IMG/VR virus record: IMGVR_UViG_3300032293_001441
Location: 1,948 to 65,947 of that record
Origin: a virus
Taxonomy: Duplodnaviria > Caudoviricetes
DNA: 64,000 nucleotides
Direction: 5' to 3' (one strand)
A program made the position numbers and the translations under genes. The notes beneath the pieces are model-generated. The model had not been told where the DNA came from and made no database searches. It saw only the letters and a program-made list of their open reading frames with translations. Of this stretch, positions 1 through 10,459 are shown piece after piece (the stretch's first letter is position 1; the number at the start of each line of letters is the position of its first letter).

Positions 1-631
1 GATAATCATAATCTCCGTTTGCATTGTTTTTTGGACTTAGTGCAATTGATGAAAAAGATCCGGAAAACAATCTGTGTGAATTTGTAGGATACGATGGTAG
101 TGAATATACTTCAGATCTTGTTCTGATATATGGAGAAGTAAAAAACCTAACCTCGGAATCAGTTTTTTTACTGGTGTCTATTAGCAAGTTTCTTGACCAT
201 ACCACTTCTACGGTTTCGATTTTCTTGTCTTCGGACGGAGCACTTGTTAGTGGCAATCTTTGATCTTTGGCTATTTTATATCCTACGTTGTTATAATATG
301 CTATACTTCCGGTATATTCTCCTAGATTTAACCCCGACCCTTTTATTTCTATCTTTCCTATGCCATTTATTGTATCTTTCGATACATTTACATAGTATAA
401 CTGCCCCATCAATGTTTGTTCTGAAAAAAGAGCATTCGTCGGTTTGATTACACCACTTGGTAAAAGATTGTTTTTTGTATCATATACCGCAACTGTTATT
501 GGCGTGTTCGGTATAACATACGGCGTTGTATTTACCGTAAACGAATTCTTGCCCGCTTTTAGTATATCACTAAAATTAGTTAGAAAAAAGTAGGTGTTAG
601 AGTTGTAATCCGCTTCAAATATTTGTGCCAT
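1..631 (-). CDS. Putative virion structural protein, N-terminal part (runs off the window start)
   Basis: Not in the ORF track. Read manually from ATG at 631: MAQIFEADYNSNTYFFLTNFSDILKAGKNSFTVN..., open to position 1. TATTTATA motif upstream at 654-661. Confidence 0.7.
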   Translation of the reverse strand, partial: MAQIFEADYNSNTYFFLTNFSDILKAGKNSFTVNTTPYVIPNTPITVAVYDTKNNLLPSGVIKPTNALFSEQTLMGQLYYVNVSKDTINGIGKIEIKGSGLNLGEYTGSIAYYNNVGYKIAKDQRLPLTSAPSEDKKIETVEVVWSRNLLIDTSKKTDSEVRFFTSPYIRTRSEVYSLPSYPTNSHRLFSGSFSSIALSPKNNANGDYDY

Positions 632-665
632 AGGTTTTTATAGTTCCTATGGTTATAAATATATA

Positions 666-3600
666 TCAGACGGTATTATCTATCTTACTGAACCCGTTTT
701 CCTTCTTTATCTCGAGTTGCTTATCTACCATGTCTCGCATAGCGTCAAGATGGCTTATTATAATGATAAAATCAAAGTTTCGCTTTAGATAATCAAATAA
801 TGCGTGTAGCATAGGTATATTATGGCCATCTAATGCCGAAAACCCTTCATCTACGACGAGAAAGTTTGGTCTTGGTAGATTACTCACGTTGATAAGAGCA
901 ACACGAAGTGCCAATCCCGATATGAACTTTTCCATACCTGAACATAGTTCGAGCGGCCATTTTTTGTCTTCGTATTTGATATATACGTTTACATTTTTAC
1001 CGTCCGTTTCTATGCTGATGCCAAATTCAACAATATTGGACAGTATATTGTTTACTTCTTGTTCGATCCTTGGGATAGCGTCGGATATAATTTGATATGG
1101 CACTCCGTCCTTACAAACGGCGGAAATATAATATTGATATGCGGAGAGATCTTCTTCGTATTTCTGTATTGTGGCCAACTGTTTTTCTACTTCCTTCAAT
1201 TGATCGGAAAAAGATATTTTTTTGCCATATGCATCAATATATTCTTTTTCTATCGATTTTAATTGTGTCGATATAGTCGAAGATTTAGATTTCAGATCGG
1301 TTATAATATTTTCTATAACTTTATTACTTTCGACAATTTCCTTAGATCTATCGTACAGTGCCATCAAATCCTGCAATTCATTCAGCCGCGTAGTATTCTT
1401 TTCAAGTGAAGACTTTAAGTTTGAGATTTCAAGTTCCTTTTTCAATATAAAAGAATTGAGAGTATTAATAGATTCTTTTATTTTAATACTTTCTTCGTAT
1501 TTTGACACATATTCGGAATATGCGTCCATTTCCGATTTTATTTTTGCCAGAGACTCCGAAAGTTCTTTCGCCTCATCTTTATCGGCGGTAAAACTTTCTC
1601 GCGTCGCTATGGCATCTTTTACAAAGATGTTATTGCAGCAATATTTACAATTAGGATCATATTCATGTTTATCCAAATGACTCAACTTCTTCAATTTTTC
1701 ATTTACAATCGTTTTGAGTTTGTCCAAATCATTTTCGACTCTCTGTTTGGTTCTTGATAGAGCAAGATATTTATCGTTCTTCTCTTTCAGATCTTCTGGA
1801 AAATTTTTTTGTTTATTCAAAGCATCTGCATATTCCCGCTTTTTATCAACAGTTTCTCCATCTATTTTTTCGATGCTTTCAAGTATCTGCTTATTTTTTA
1901 TAATAATAGTATCTCGCTCACGCACGATGGGAACTATGTTAGTAGGAACATTTTCGAGTTTTATCAATCTCGCTTTTTGGGTTTCTATTTGAGTATCAAT
2001 ATCACTTTTTGATGTAGAATATTTCTCTTTTTGCCCAATCAAATCATTAATTTTGGAATTTATTAGTTCTATGTCATTATTAATTTGTTCTATTTTTTTT
2101 AGGCCATTTTCTTTGTTGAATAATTTGACAGCCCCAGACAACTCCTTTGTTTTATCCGAAGCAAGAGAATGTAGTTTATCAAACAAGTTTATACCAATAA
2201 ACTGGGATAATAATTCTTTACGGTCTGATTGCCCCATATCAATAAACGAGCCTTGATTGCCCTGTAGAGCAAGTGTAGTCAATACAAAGTCGTCATAGTC
2301 ACCAAGATAATCACGTATGATTTCATTGGTGCTGCGGCGCGCCTCGCTGTTTAGACTTACTTTTTCATCGCCGTTGATCTTGTAAAAGTTTACATCAACT
2401 TTGACATTGTTCTTTTTGTCTCGCTTGCCTTCACGTTCAATAACGTAATGAACGTTGTTTATCTCAAACGTGAACTTGCCACTAAATGACATCTTTTGCG
2501 AGTTCATTACGTGTGTAGCCTTGAATGCTCGCGCACTCTTGTCAAACACCGTAAAGCACAACGCATCCATCAATGAACTTTTGCCGCTGGCATTTGCCGC
2601 AAATAATCCATATACATCCTCGAGTTTTGTAAAATCAAGAATGTTCTTTTCGCCATAACTGAACATATTACTGAACTCAAACTTGACTGGCTTCCAACGA
2701 ATGTTTCTTGACGTATCATCCTTGCTTAGTCCGGCGTTTAGTTCTTTATTGATTTCGAATACCGACTCTATAGTGTCGTCGTCCATGACATCAGCAAACT
2801 TCTTCTTCAAGTATTCGGATATTGTCTTGTTTTGATAATCTACGTTTCCTATTTGATTTAGATTTGAGATATTCTGTGCTTGTGCAACTTTAGTAGCACC
2901 GTCTGTATCAACTCTTGTATAAATAATATCGCTGATTTCATATGTTTTACCCAATTGGTTAACCACCTTTTTAACTTCTGTTGCTACACTTTCCTTACAA
3001 CGCACACGAATTTTTGGTTTACGCGGCATTTCGCTTATGTCGGTAACTAGTTTACCGTCATCGATGTCTATCGTAAAATACCCATAGTCGTTTGGTATTT
3101 CAATATGAGAATATGTTCTTTGCTCGATATCCCATAACGAGAACCCGTGTCCAAGCAATGATTCGCCGTGGTTCTGTTGGATAAGAGACCCCGCATAACG
3201 TATAATAGGTTTTTCATTTTGTTTGTCATAAGATTGTAAATCTTGTATCATATGAATATCGCCTAACATAGCAATATCGTGCCCATCAAATAATTCATTT
3301 GAAATGGTATGATCCGTGATTTGATATCCAACGTTCGTTTTGGCACTAAACACGCCACCGTGAAATAACGCGATTTTTGTATCAAAACTGGTCCTTATCT
3401 TTTTGGTTACGTTCTTCAACTTGATGTATTTGGTAACGTCATCAAATACACTCATGTTGTTGATGAGTAGGTTGGCGGCAGCATACAATCCGGTATTCTT
3501 TAGATAAAAAAGTTTATTGTGCTTTAGGTTATCAACAATGGGAGAAATACTATCAAGACGAGTTGCATTAGTAAGCAAACAATCGTGATTACCTGCAATT

Positions 3601-3872
3601 ATAATAGTTGGCCTAAGTTCCGCCAACTTATGAAAAAACTCACTGGCAAGTTGAACCGCTTCTGGACTCAGATCGACTTTGCTATGAAGTGTGTCACCAG
3701 TATTGATAATAATAGTGTTTTCTGGCGTCTTTGATATTTCTGCATACAACTTCTCAAACGCCTCTCTATATTCTTCGTGACGTTTTGTAAGACGAATATG
3801 TATGTCGGATATATGAACAACATAATCAATCTTACTTAGTCCTATATCCAATTTTTCAAATGTATCTATCAT
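666..3872 (-). CDS. Fused Mre11/SbcD nuclease + Rad50/SbcC ATPase (T4 gp47-gp46-like recombination complex)
   Basis: N-terminal metallophosphoesterase motifs (SDIH, GD, GNHD, GDIH). Walker A ANASGKSS, coiled coil with CKYC zinc hook, signature LCSGME, Walker B LVVDEGF and H-loop IISH follow in the same ORF. Confidence 0.92.
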   Translation of the reverse strand: MIDTFEKLDIGLSKIDYVVHISDIHIRLTKRHEEYREAFEKLYAEISKTPENTIIINTGDTLHSKVDLSPEAVQLASEFFHKLAELRPTIIIAGNHDCLLTNATRLDSISPIVDNLKHNKLFYLKNTGLYAAANLLINNMSVFDDVTKYIKLKNVTKKIRTSFDTKIALFHGGVFSAKTNVGYQITDHTISNELFDGHDIAMLGDIHMIQDLQSYDKQNEKPIIRYAGSLIQQNHGESLLGHGFSLWDIEQRTYSHIEIPNDYGYFTIDIDDGKLVTDISEMPRKPKIRVRCKESVATEVKKVVNQLGKTYEISDIIYTRVDTDGATKVAQAQNISNLNQIGNVDYQNKTISEYLKKKFADVMDDDTIESVFEINKELNAGLSKDDTSRNIRWKPVKFEFSNMFSYGEKNILDFTKLEDVYGLFAANASGKSSLMDALCFTVFDKSARAFKATHVMNSQKMSFSGKFTFEINNVHYVIEREGKRDKKNNVKVDVNFYKINGDEKVSLNSEARRSTNEIIRDYLGDYDDFVLTTLALQGNQGSFIDMGQSDRKELLSQFIGINLFDKLHSLASDKTKELSGAVKLFNKENGLKKIEQINNDIELINSKINDLIGQKEKYSTSKSDIDTQIETQKARLIKLENVPTNIVPIVRERDTIIIKNKQILESIEKIDGETVDKKREYADALNKQKNFPEDLKEKNDKYLALSRTKQRVENDLDKLKTIVNEKLKKLSHLDKHEYDPNCKYCCNNIFVKDAIATRESFTADKDEAKELSESLAKIKSEMDAYSEYVSKYEESIKIKESINTLNSFILKKELEISNLKSSLEKNTTRLNELQDLMALYDRSKEIVESNKVIENIITDLKSKSSTISTQLKSIEKEYIDAYGKKISFSDQLKEVEKQLATIQKYEEDLSAYQYYISAVCKDGVPYQIISDAIPRIEQEVNNILSNIVEFGISIETDGKNVNVYIKYEDKKWPLELCSGMEKFISGLALRVALINVSNLPRPNFLVVDEGFSALDGHNIPMLHALFDYLKRNFDFIIIISHLDAMRDMVDKQLEIKKENGFSKIDNTV

Positions 3873-3877
3873 AAATA

Positions 3878-4852
3878 TTATTTTCCTAATCTTAAACAGG
3901 TTAGTGCCCCAAAGTCAAGCACATCCGTTTGTTTAATCTGGTTTATAGTTTTTTCAAATCCAAGCACGTTAGGGTCTTTGCCTTCCAACCGCACAAGCTT
4001 GGCAGTTTTTCCAAGAGTTTGTATAAAGTTCGCAATTTTTATTGAACTATTCAACGCATCATCGTCTAACACAATATTGACTTCAGGACATTTGCTGGAA
4101 GTTATTGCTGCTTGAAGTTTTTTACTCATTGTTTTGCCAAACAGCGGTATGGCATTACGCTTGAGTGATATAGCATCCAACGCACCTTCGCACAGATATA
4201 TTGGATAATCAAAGTCTATCATATTCTCAAACCCAATGATATTCTTGCTAAACTCGCTGTTCTTATATTTGTAGCCGTCATCATAATAACTGCGGCAACT
4301 ATAAAAGTTCAGATTGTTATCTTTGTCGTATGATGGAAATACAAGACGATTTGCAAATGGACCCTTTGAGCAATATCCAATGTTATATTTTACAATATCA
4401 CACAACGATAGTTTGCGTTTCTTGGCATAGTTGAACGCGACTTTATATTCTCTGCTGCCGTCATTTTCTGCCAAACTTTTGAAGTCAGGCATAAGAGAAA
4501 GTGATTCTGTTTTTTCAACTTCAACTTCACCAACTTTGAGTGATAAAATCTTGCTGTCAAACTCTGATAAATTTGGTTTGTGCCCGGTATATCGGTCATT
4601 ATCCCGTACTTTGTCCAATATATCGGACGTTACGTTCATTCGCTTAAACAGCCAATATAATCCACGACCCTTGGCATTACATACCCAGCAGTTCCATTTA
4701 TTGGGTTCATCCAGACACACTTCCATCTTTGTTTTATGATGGTGGCAGAAAGGACAATGATATACTATATTGTTGCCTTTACGTAGCCTGCCAGTTTCCT
4801 TGAATGCTCTGTTCAGCAAACTGGTAAGTTCTGTTATTTTTAATGATGACAT
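3878..4852 (-). CDS. DNA primase (Zn finger + TOPRIM)
   Basis: CPFC...CWVC zinc-binding domain, RLVFP, EGALD and DDD TOPRIM motifs. Confidence 0.9.
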   Translation of the reverse strand: MSSLKITELTSLLNRAFKETGRLRKGNNIVYHCPFCHHHKTKMEVCLDEPNKWNCWVCNAKGRGLYWLFKRMNVTSDILDKVRDNDRYTGHKPNLSEFDSKILSLKVGEVEVEKTESLSLMPDFKSLAENDGSREYKVAFNYAKKRKLSLCDIVKYNIGYCSKGPFANRLVFPSYDKDNNLNFYSCRSYYDDGYKYKNSEFSKNIIGFENMIDFDYPIYLCEGALDAISLKRNAIPLFGKTMSKKLQAAITSSKCPEVNIVLDDDALNSSIKIANFIQTLGKTAKLVRLEGKDPNVLGFEKTINQIKQTDVLDFGALTCLRLGK

Positions 4853-4862
4853 TTACCATACC

Positions 4863-4890
4863 ACTATACAGATAATGGTAAAGTAGTCAA
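4863..4890 (-). promoter_or_regulatory. Sigma70-like promoter for the primase gene
   Basis: Minus strand TTGACT-N16-TATAGT, 10 nt before the ATG. Confidence 0.6.
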
Positions 4891-4895
4891 CTAAT

Positions 4896-4924
4896 AAAAA
4901 ACCCGCCGTATTTGGCGGGTTTTT
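4896..4924. terminator. Intrinsic terminator, possibly bidirectional
   Basis: AAAAA-ACCCGCC-gtattt-GGCGGGT-TTTT. Confidence 0.8.
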
Positions 4925-4951
4925 GTTTTAATTATTTGATTTGTTGCGAGT

Positions 4952-5182
4952 TTATCTGGGATTTTTTGCCCATTCTTGGTCTTGATTAAACAGGCGTATA
5001 ATATCTGCTGCAAGAATTCCCGCTTTATCTTCAAACTCCGGATTTTGGAATTTACCGAGAATATCGGTCAATTTATAAGTAATTTGATTGCCTACGTCGC
5101 CCTTGCCCAACGGTAATCCTTCTTGTACCAAGGATTCTTGTATTGTTTCTCTAATCAATTGCTTGAGTTCACTTCTTGTCAT
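4952..5182 (-). CDS. Small hypothetical protein with LKQLIRE-type N-terminus
   Basis: 76-aa ORF, MTRSELKQLIRETIQE, preceded by TATTTAT motif. Confidence 0.7.
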   Translation of the reverse strand: MTRSELKQLIRETIQESLVQEGLPLGKGDVGNQITYKLTDILGKFQNPEFEDKAGILAADIIRLFNQDQEWAKNPR

Positions 5183-5234
5183 AATGATATATTGTTAAAA
5201 GGTTATGTTAATAAATATAATGCTAAAACGGTAA

Positions 5235-5726
5235 TCAACCCGCTAAACTGAGCACAATTGCATCTCTAACATCTTCCATACGCTTCTCTTCAGTTCCCTT
5301 TTTATTAAGAACAGTCCATTTAGTCATATCATACATCTTATCAATGCTTTCTTTAACAAACACCTTGGGTTTTACTCCTTTGATTCTCGCCGCCCCAAGT
5401 GCCTTTTTACGAGCAGTTTGTGCGTGAATACTATCTACACTCACGCCATAATGATTTTCAAGTATATAACCTATTACAGCCTTGTTTTTGACCAGTTTAA
5501 TAATGACTTGCTGTGAAGTACCTCCACCAGCAAATCCAAACAAACTTTCTTCAATCATTATTTTATCAAAACTGTGACCAACCAGAGTTTTTATAATAAG
5601 GTCTGCTTTATCTTTATACTTCTCAGCGTTTGATATATCAATATAGCCGCAAGATAGTATTTCTTTATTTTCTGTAATTGCCCATCCACAGCAAGTAGTC
5701 GAGAGGTCAAGCCCTAACACTTTCAT
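5235..5726 (-). CDS. RuvC-like Holliday junction resolvase
   Basis: VLGLDLSTTCCGW first strand, IMIEE and DVRDA acidic residues of the RNase H fold. Confidence 0.85.
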   Translation of the reverse strand: MKVLGLDLSTTCCGWAITENKEILSCGYIDISNAEKYKDKADLIIKTLVGHSFDKIMIEESLFGFAGGGTSQQVIIKLVKNKAVIGYILENHYGVSVDSIHAQTARKKALGAARIKGVKPKVFVKESIDKMYDMTKWTVLNKKGTEEKRMEDVRDAIVLSLAG

Positions 5727-5744
5727 ATAACCATTTATAATAAA

Positions 5745-6038
5745 TCAACCGCGATATGGCGTGTTGTCGTGCTTCAATGTTTGTGCTGCGTAATTCAAAC
5801 CGGCAGCAGTAAATGGCCCGCCACCATTGGGACCAAAGTTGGTCTGATAGGTATTTGGCAAGAAGTTAACAAAAGTACGATCAGTACCGGCATCTTTACT
5901 CAACCCCCATGCCATCTTACCCGCTCTGTTTATGATGTGAGAGCGAATTCCGATTGGCGGATTGGCGTCAACGGTTCTATATAAGTCCGCTAAACTTTGA
6001 GTTTTGGAAGGTCTTGGTGTACTTGGTAGTTGTGGCAT
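5745..6038 (-). CDS. Hypothetical protein
   Basis: 97-aa ORF in operon orientation, TATTTATA upstream. Confidence 0.65.
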   Translation of the reverse strand: MPQLPSTPRPSKTQSLADLYRTVDANPPIGIRSHIINRAGKMAWGLSKDAGTDRTFVNFLPNTYQTNFGPNGGGPFTAAGLNYAAQTLKHDNTPYRG

Positions 6039-6074
6039 ATTAAAATTCTCCTGTTATTTATTATAAATATAAAG

Positions 6075-9000
6075 TTATGTGTCAAAACGAACAACAATGT
6101 TAAGTGGCCAATCAATTAGATTTTTGACCGGTCTTCCCAATTTACCAACCGCCACCAGTTCGTTTCCTTGATATAATCCGATTGTTGTTATAAATGGAGC
6201 CAAATACGAGCCTGTAGGATCATACGACGAACTATATTGATATTCCAAGAAGTATGGACTTACCTTTACATTATCTTTTCGGCAATACACATTCAAATAT
6301 TCTTTAATTTCTTTTACGTATTTGCGTGTAGAATTTTCATTTGTCAGTAAATCTAAACGTTCTGGCACAAGTCGATCAAAATAATACAGTGAAAGTATGT
6401 TTCCGTCGTTTAGATTTATCTTTCCATCACCATCAACATCCAGCAATCCAGTGTTTACCAAATTTTCTTGTATATAATCAAATGCAGTTTTGGTAAATGC
6501 ATTAAATGAAGAACTTGTCAAATAAGCGGCCTCGTCACTTTCAAACAAAAGTACGTCTTCAGATTCAAGTTGTAATATGTCACTATTCCACCAACTATAA
6601 TCGTTGAGCGTATCCTGTTCTAAAACAAGTCCATTGTCATCAAATACGAATTCCTCAAAAAATTTTCTTTTCTGTAAATAACGCATTATCAAATCAACAT
6701 CAAGAAAATCAAATATTCCATCTTGATTTACATCGAACAACAATGAACTTTGTACAAGCGAAGTTGGATTTGTGCTATAATTAAACTCTCCCGGTCTGAT
6801 TGAAACTAAGTGTTCGTGTTCGTATATTGTATGCGATCCTTGATAACTAAGATCAAACCCACGAGAACCTGTACCAGTAAATATATTGTAATAATTTGAT
6901 GCCGTGTTTGTTAATACAAAATAACCATTTTTGTAAAATATATTTCCGATCAATGGGCTAGTTTCATATTTGTTTATTGGATATACAAAAACCGATCCGG
7001 AGTAATTAGCCGGAAAGCCGGAAAATATTTGTATATTTTGATCGTATATTGACGCCGTGGCGGATGATGTTGCAAAATTTACCAACGGAGCACCAACTGC
7101 CAAAAAGTCCGACGACACACTCACCGAATAACCATATAAGTTTGCTGGGCTATTTTTATCTTTGTTTATTTTCGTATTACCAGTAAATTCCCATTTATCC
7201 AGAATATCGCTATAATTATACACTGTTACTCTACCCAAAACCCCGTTTGGATCTTCGGAAGAAGTGGATTCGTATTCATAATCTTCCAAAACAAATTCAT
7301 CGGATACATAATCAACATTTCTTCCAGATTTATCGGCCCACGACGATACTGCCGCAAAGTTTCCTTCGACTGAAACAGACGACCCAAATAGCCTATTATT
7401 TGTGGAATATCTTCTATTTCCAAATGTTTTATATACTTTATAAAAACTCGAAGTCCCGCATAGCGTGGTATATCTGTAAAAATAAGCAGATCCTAATATG
7501 TCTGGATTTCCGGCATACGTAGAATATGGAATGAATGCCTTGTCTCTGATACATCCCACCAACACAGTCGGCCAACTTATACATACGGATTTACCAAACC
7601 CATCAGATGTAATTTCAGCCGAAGTAACATCCGTCGCATACAATGGAGAAGACATATCTAAATCTCCATACGTAGAATCTTTTCTAAGAATTTTTATTTC
7701 GGACCAAGAGGCAGTTGGACAATCGCCTATAGATGCGGAATAAAATGATGCGGTAAATACAGATGCATATCCTTCACCGCTTTTATTTGTTCCAACAACA
7801 ATGCTACCCGAATCGACAGAAACCGACCATCCAAAATTATCTCCTTCAGACCATACACTTGACGTTATAAAAGACTCTTGAACCCAAGTATAGTTTCCAA
7901 CTATATAATACGGATACTCACCGGCACCAGAGCCCGTCACAATCGTAACAAAATTGCAAGATCCGGTTTCGGTAGAATATATTTTTTTGCGATATACATA
8001 CGCTCCACCTTTACTACCACTCACTCCAGGAGAGCCGACAACGAGTAAATCGTTATCCAAACTCACAGAATAACCGAATTTATCGTTGTTTGTATTTCCC
8101 GTAAGAACTTCGATTATTCCCCAATTATCTATACCGCCTTTGTTTTTATCGTAAACATAAACAAATCCTGGATACGATCCACTCGTATAGCACAACGATC
8201 CGCTTATATTAGATAACGTCGTTACACACACCGACCCAGTCGGAGATCCTATTGCCAAAAAATCATCTTTCACTGACACCGAATAACCGAAACTATCTTC
8301 TAAATAAGAAGAACTGAGTAATGATTGCTCAGTCATTAAGAAATTATTATTTTCTATAGAAATCAACAAAGAACTATCAGATGAAAATTCTCTTGCCAAC
8401 CCATTCTGTGTAAATGGACAATAAAACTTTTTCATCAATCTGTGAGTGCCGGTAGAATCGTCGTATTTAAACAATGCTGCATATCCCTGCCTTGCTGTGG
8501 ACAAACTGTACTGATCCATGCTAGACCCAACTGCGATATATTTGAACCAAGAACTTACCGATTCTCCGAAATGTTCATTCTCCGGTTGAAAATAATTTCT
8601 GGAATAAGAATCGTCAAAACTCCAAGTGAGAGAAGATTCTTCAAACAACACATTTTTTCCCGCGTTTTTATATTCAGTGGCTTGTTGCAGCGAGAGATAA
8701 GTAACGGAACCATTACTCGAAGTAATATAAAACTTTATTGACCCTGTTTCATAATATGGCCGAGCCATTAAGTTTTTTACTCCGCCCAACATATTGTACG
8801 AAGAAAAATGAGATCCACTTATAAACAAGTTTGTTGCACCATCGTCGTAAATATCATACGTTTGATCGACGTTTGAATTATCTACTATATGAACTGTATT
8901 TGGTCGTACTTTGTCTCCAAATGCATTATGATTTAGTGCCAATGTTACAACCCTATCGTTAATAATTCGCACCTCTTTTTGTCCAGTACTAAAATCTCCA

Positions 9001-9314
9001 CCATATTTTTCAACTCCAAACAACTGATATTGGTTTCCATTGCCATAAAACATAGAATCCGTAAGGCTGTATATGTTTCTTGCATATTTTCCGGATTGAT
9101 TGATTGGCTCCAACGAGGCAGAATAATATGGACTGCCAGATGGATAAAAAATCGATGATATTTTCTTACCTTCGTTTATCTCACAAAACTGATTGTAATA
9201 TGTGCTATATCCATATGCATCAACAGAAGACGAATCGATACTTTGAACTTTCCAGTTCTTGAACGTATTGAACGGCCTTATTGTTATATCCCCTGCGGAG
9301 AACTGCTTTATCAT
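6075..9314 (-). CDS. Virion/baseplate protein with FG-GAP beta-propeller repeats and dockerin/EF-hand-like motifs
   Basis: Repeated FGxSVS...VG[AS]P...G.[AV]YVY units, two DVNxDG/DVDGDG Ca-binding-like motifs, and a C-terminal ITTIGLY...LVAVGKL domain shared with the next gene. Confidence 0.8.
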   Translation of the reverse strand: MIKQFSAGDITIRPFNTFKNWKVQSIDSSSVDAYGYSTYYNQFCEINEGKKISSIFYPSGSPYYSASLEPINQSGKYARNIYSLTDSMFYGNGNQYQLFGVEKYGGDFSTGQKEVRIINDRVVTLALNHNAFGDKVRPNTVHIVDNSNVDQTYDIYDDGATNLFISGSHFSSYNMLGGVKNLMARPYYETGSIKFYITSSNGSVTYLSLQQATEYKNAGKNVLFEESSLTWSFDDSYSRNYFQPENEHFGESVSSWFKYIAVGSSMDQYSLSTARQGYAALFKYDDSTGTHRLMKKFYCPFTQNGLAREFSSDSSLLISIENNNFLMTEQSLLSSSYLEDSFGYSVSVKDDFLAIGSPTGSVCVTTLSNISGSLCYTSGSYPGFVYVYDKNKGGIDNWGIIEVLTGNTNNDKFGYSVSLDNDLLVVGSPGVSGSKGGAYVYRKKIYSTETGSCNFVTIVTGSGAGEYPYYIVGNYTWVQESFITSSVWSEGDNFGWSVSVDSGSIVVGTNKSGEGYASVFTASFYSASIGDCPTASWSEIKILRKDSTYGDLDMSSPLYATDVTSAEITSDGFGKSVCISWPTVLVGCIRDKAFIPYSTYAGNPDILGSAYFYRYTTLCGTSSFYKVYKTFGNRRYSTNNRLFGSSVSVEGNFAAVSSWADKSGRNVDYVSDEFVLEDYEYESTSSEDPNGVLGRVTVYNYSDILDKWEFTGNTKINKDKNSPANLYGYSVSVSSDFLAVGAPLVNFATSSATASIYDQNIQIFSGFPANYSGSVFVYPINKYETSPLIGNIFYKNGYFVLTNTASNYYNIFTGTGSRGFDLSYQGSHTIYEHEHLVSIRPGEFNYSTNPTSLVQSSLLFDVNQDGIFDFLDVDLIMRYLQKRKFFEEFVFDDNGLVLEQDTLNDYSWWNSDILQLESEDVLLFESDEAAYLTSSSFNAFTKTAFDYIQENLVNTGLLDVDGDGKINLNDGNILSLYYFDRLVPERLDLLTNENSTRKYVKEIKEYLNVYCRKDNVKVSPYFLEYQYSSSYDPTGSYLAPFITTIGLYQGNELVAVGKLGRPVKNLIDWPLNIVVRFDT

Positions 9315-9356
9315 ATAATGATAAATATAATATCTGGGAGATATTCCTCCTTCAGA

Positions 9357-10448
9357 TTATATATCTATCTTGATTTTTATAAGGCACTCGTTAGTAAAGT
9401 CTTTTAGCAATGGCTGACTCAACTTTGCGACAGCAACAAGATCATTTGTTTCGTTATACAGTCCCACAGTGGTAATGTATACTTTTGGATTTGTATAAAA
9501 ATCGCTGAATCTCAACTTTCCTACATCCTGTGGATTTGATGGTGCTTCTTCCGAAGAAATTACAAATGTTGGATTATTTGAATAATTATAGTCTTGATTT
9601 TTTACACGAACGAAAAAGTGTCTTGCGGCCACGTACTCAGTTGCTCTTGCAAGCATAGGGGACGTTAGTGCTCCAAGTTTTATAGATTGGAACAACAAGT
9701 TTTGCATTTTTGCAAATTGACCATTCCACAAAGAACTTGATGGATTGTTTATTGGGAACCCATTCACAGTACCGATTAATTGACTTATCTTTGTTGGGTT
9801 TAGTACCACCATACCCAGATCTGGATACATAGTTCCTATTCCCTCATATCCAGTAGACGCGGCACCTCCCGACAATGTCCCGCGAATAAGATTGTATCTC
9901 TTTCCACCAGATTCCGCCGTTGCTTTTGGGTTGTATCTTGAATCGTCGATCAGAGTGGCAGTACCAAGAGATCCGCTTAACGTTATTTGAAATTGGCCGG
10001 GATCAAGTCTGTCTTTATATTTTGCTGAACGGAATGCTATGACGTATATATCATCGGAATCTACTAACGCACTTCCGGTTTGGAATGTAAACTTCGTGTC
10101 TGCTGGAGTAAGTATGAGATTTCTGTATTGATTATATATGGCTTGCGTTGGGAATATCAAACTTCCGTTCGCAGAACTTGTATCATAATTTGAACTACCA
10201 GATCCTGCATAATGTCCATAAGTCAAGGAAAAGTATATATCAGCATTTGATATATTCGACCCCGTATCATATACATTTGTATAATACAACCCATTAAGTG
10301 GTTCAAGTGCAGAAGACGACGCTATTGTTTGCGCGCTACTGGTATAAAACTGTTCCCAACTTGCCGTGCCATCGCTCCACATACCGGTGGAAACTGGCTG
10401 TGTTCTTCCCGCGACTATATCAGATGATTCAAATTGCTTAAAGATCAT
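9357..10448 (-). CDS. Virion structural (baseplate/tail) protein
   Basis: C-terminal YITTVGLYNETNDLVAVAKLSQP domain, paralogous to the 1079-aa protein; structural gene context. Confidence 0.7.
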   Translation of the reverse strand: MIFKQFESSDIVAGRTQPVSTGMWSDGTASWEQFYTSSAQTIASSSALEPLNGLYYTNVYDTGSNISNADIYFSLTYGHYAGSGSSNYDTSSANGSLIFPTQAIYNQYRNLILTPADTKFTFQTGSALVDSDDIYVIAFRSAKYKDRLDPGQFQITLSGSLGTATLIDDSRYNPKATAESGGKRYNLIRGTLSGGAASTGYEGIGTMYPDLGMVVLNPTKISQLIGTVNGFPINNPSSSLWNGQFAKMQNLLFQSIKLGALTSPMLARATEYVAARHFFVRVKNQDYNYSNNPTFVISSEEAPSNPQDVGKLRFSDFYTNPKVYITTVGLYNETNDLVAVAKLSQPLLKDFTNECLIKIKIDI

Positions 10449-10459
10449 ATATTAAATTT

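Noticed and set aside
1-631. Apparent frameshifts, or the + strand ORFs at 24 and 193
   Set aside because: Careful reading gives one continuous minus-strand frame from 631 off the window edge; the + ORFs are shadows.
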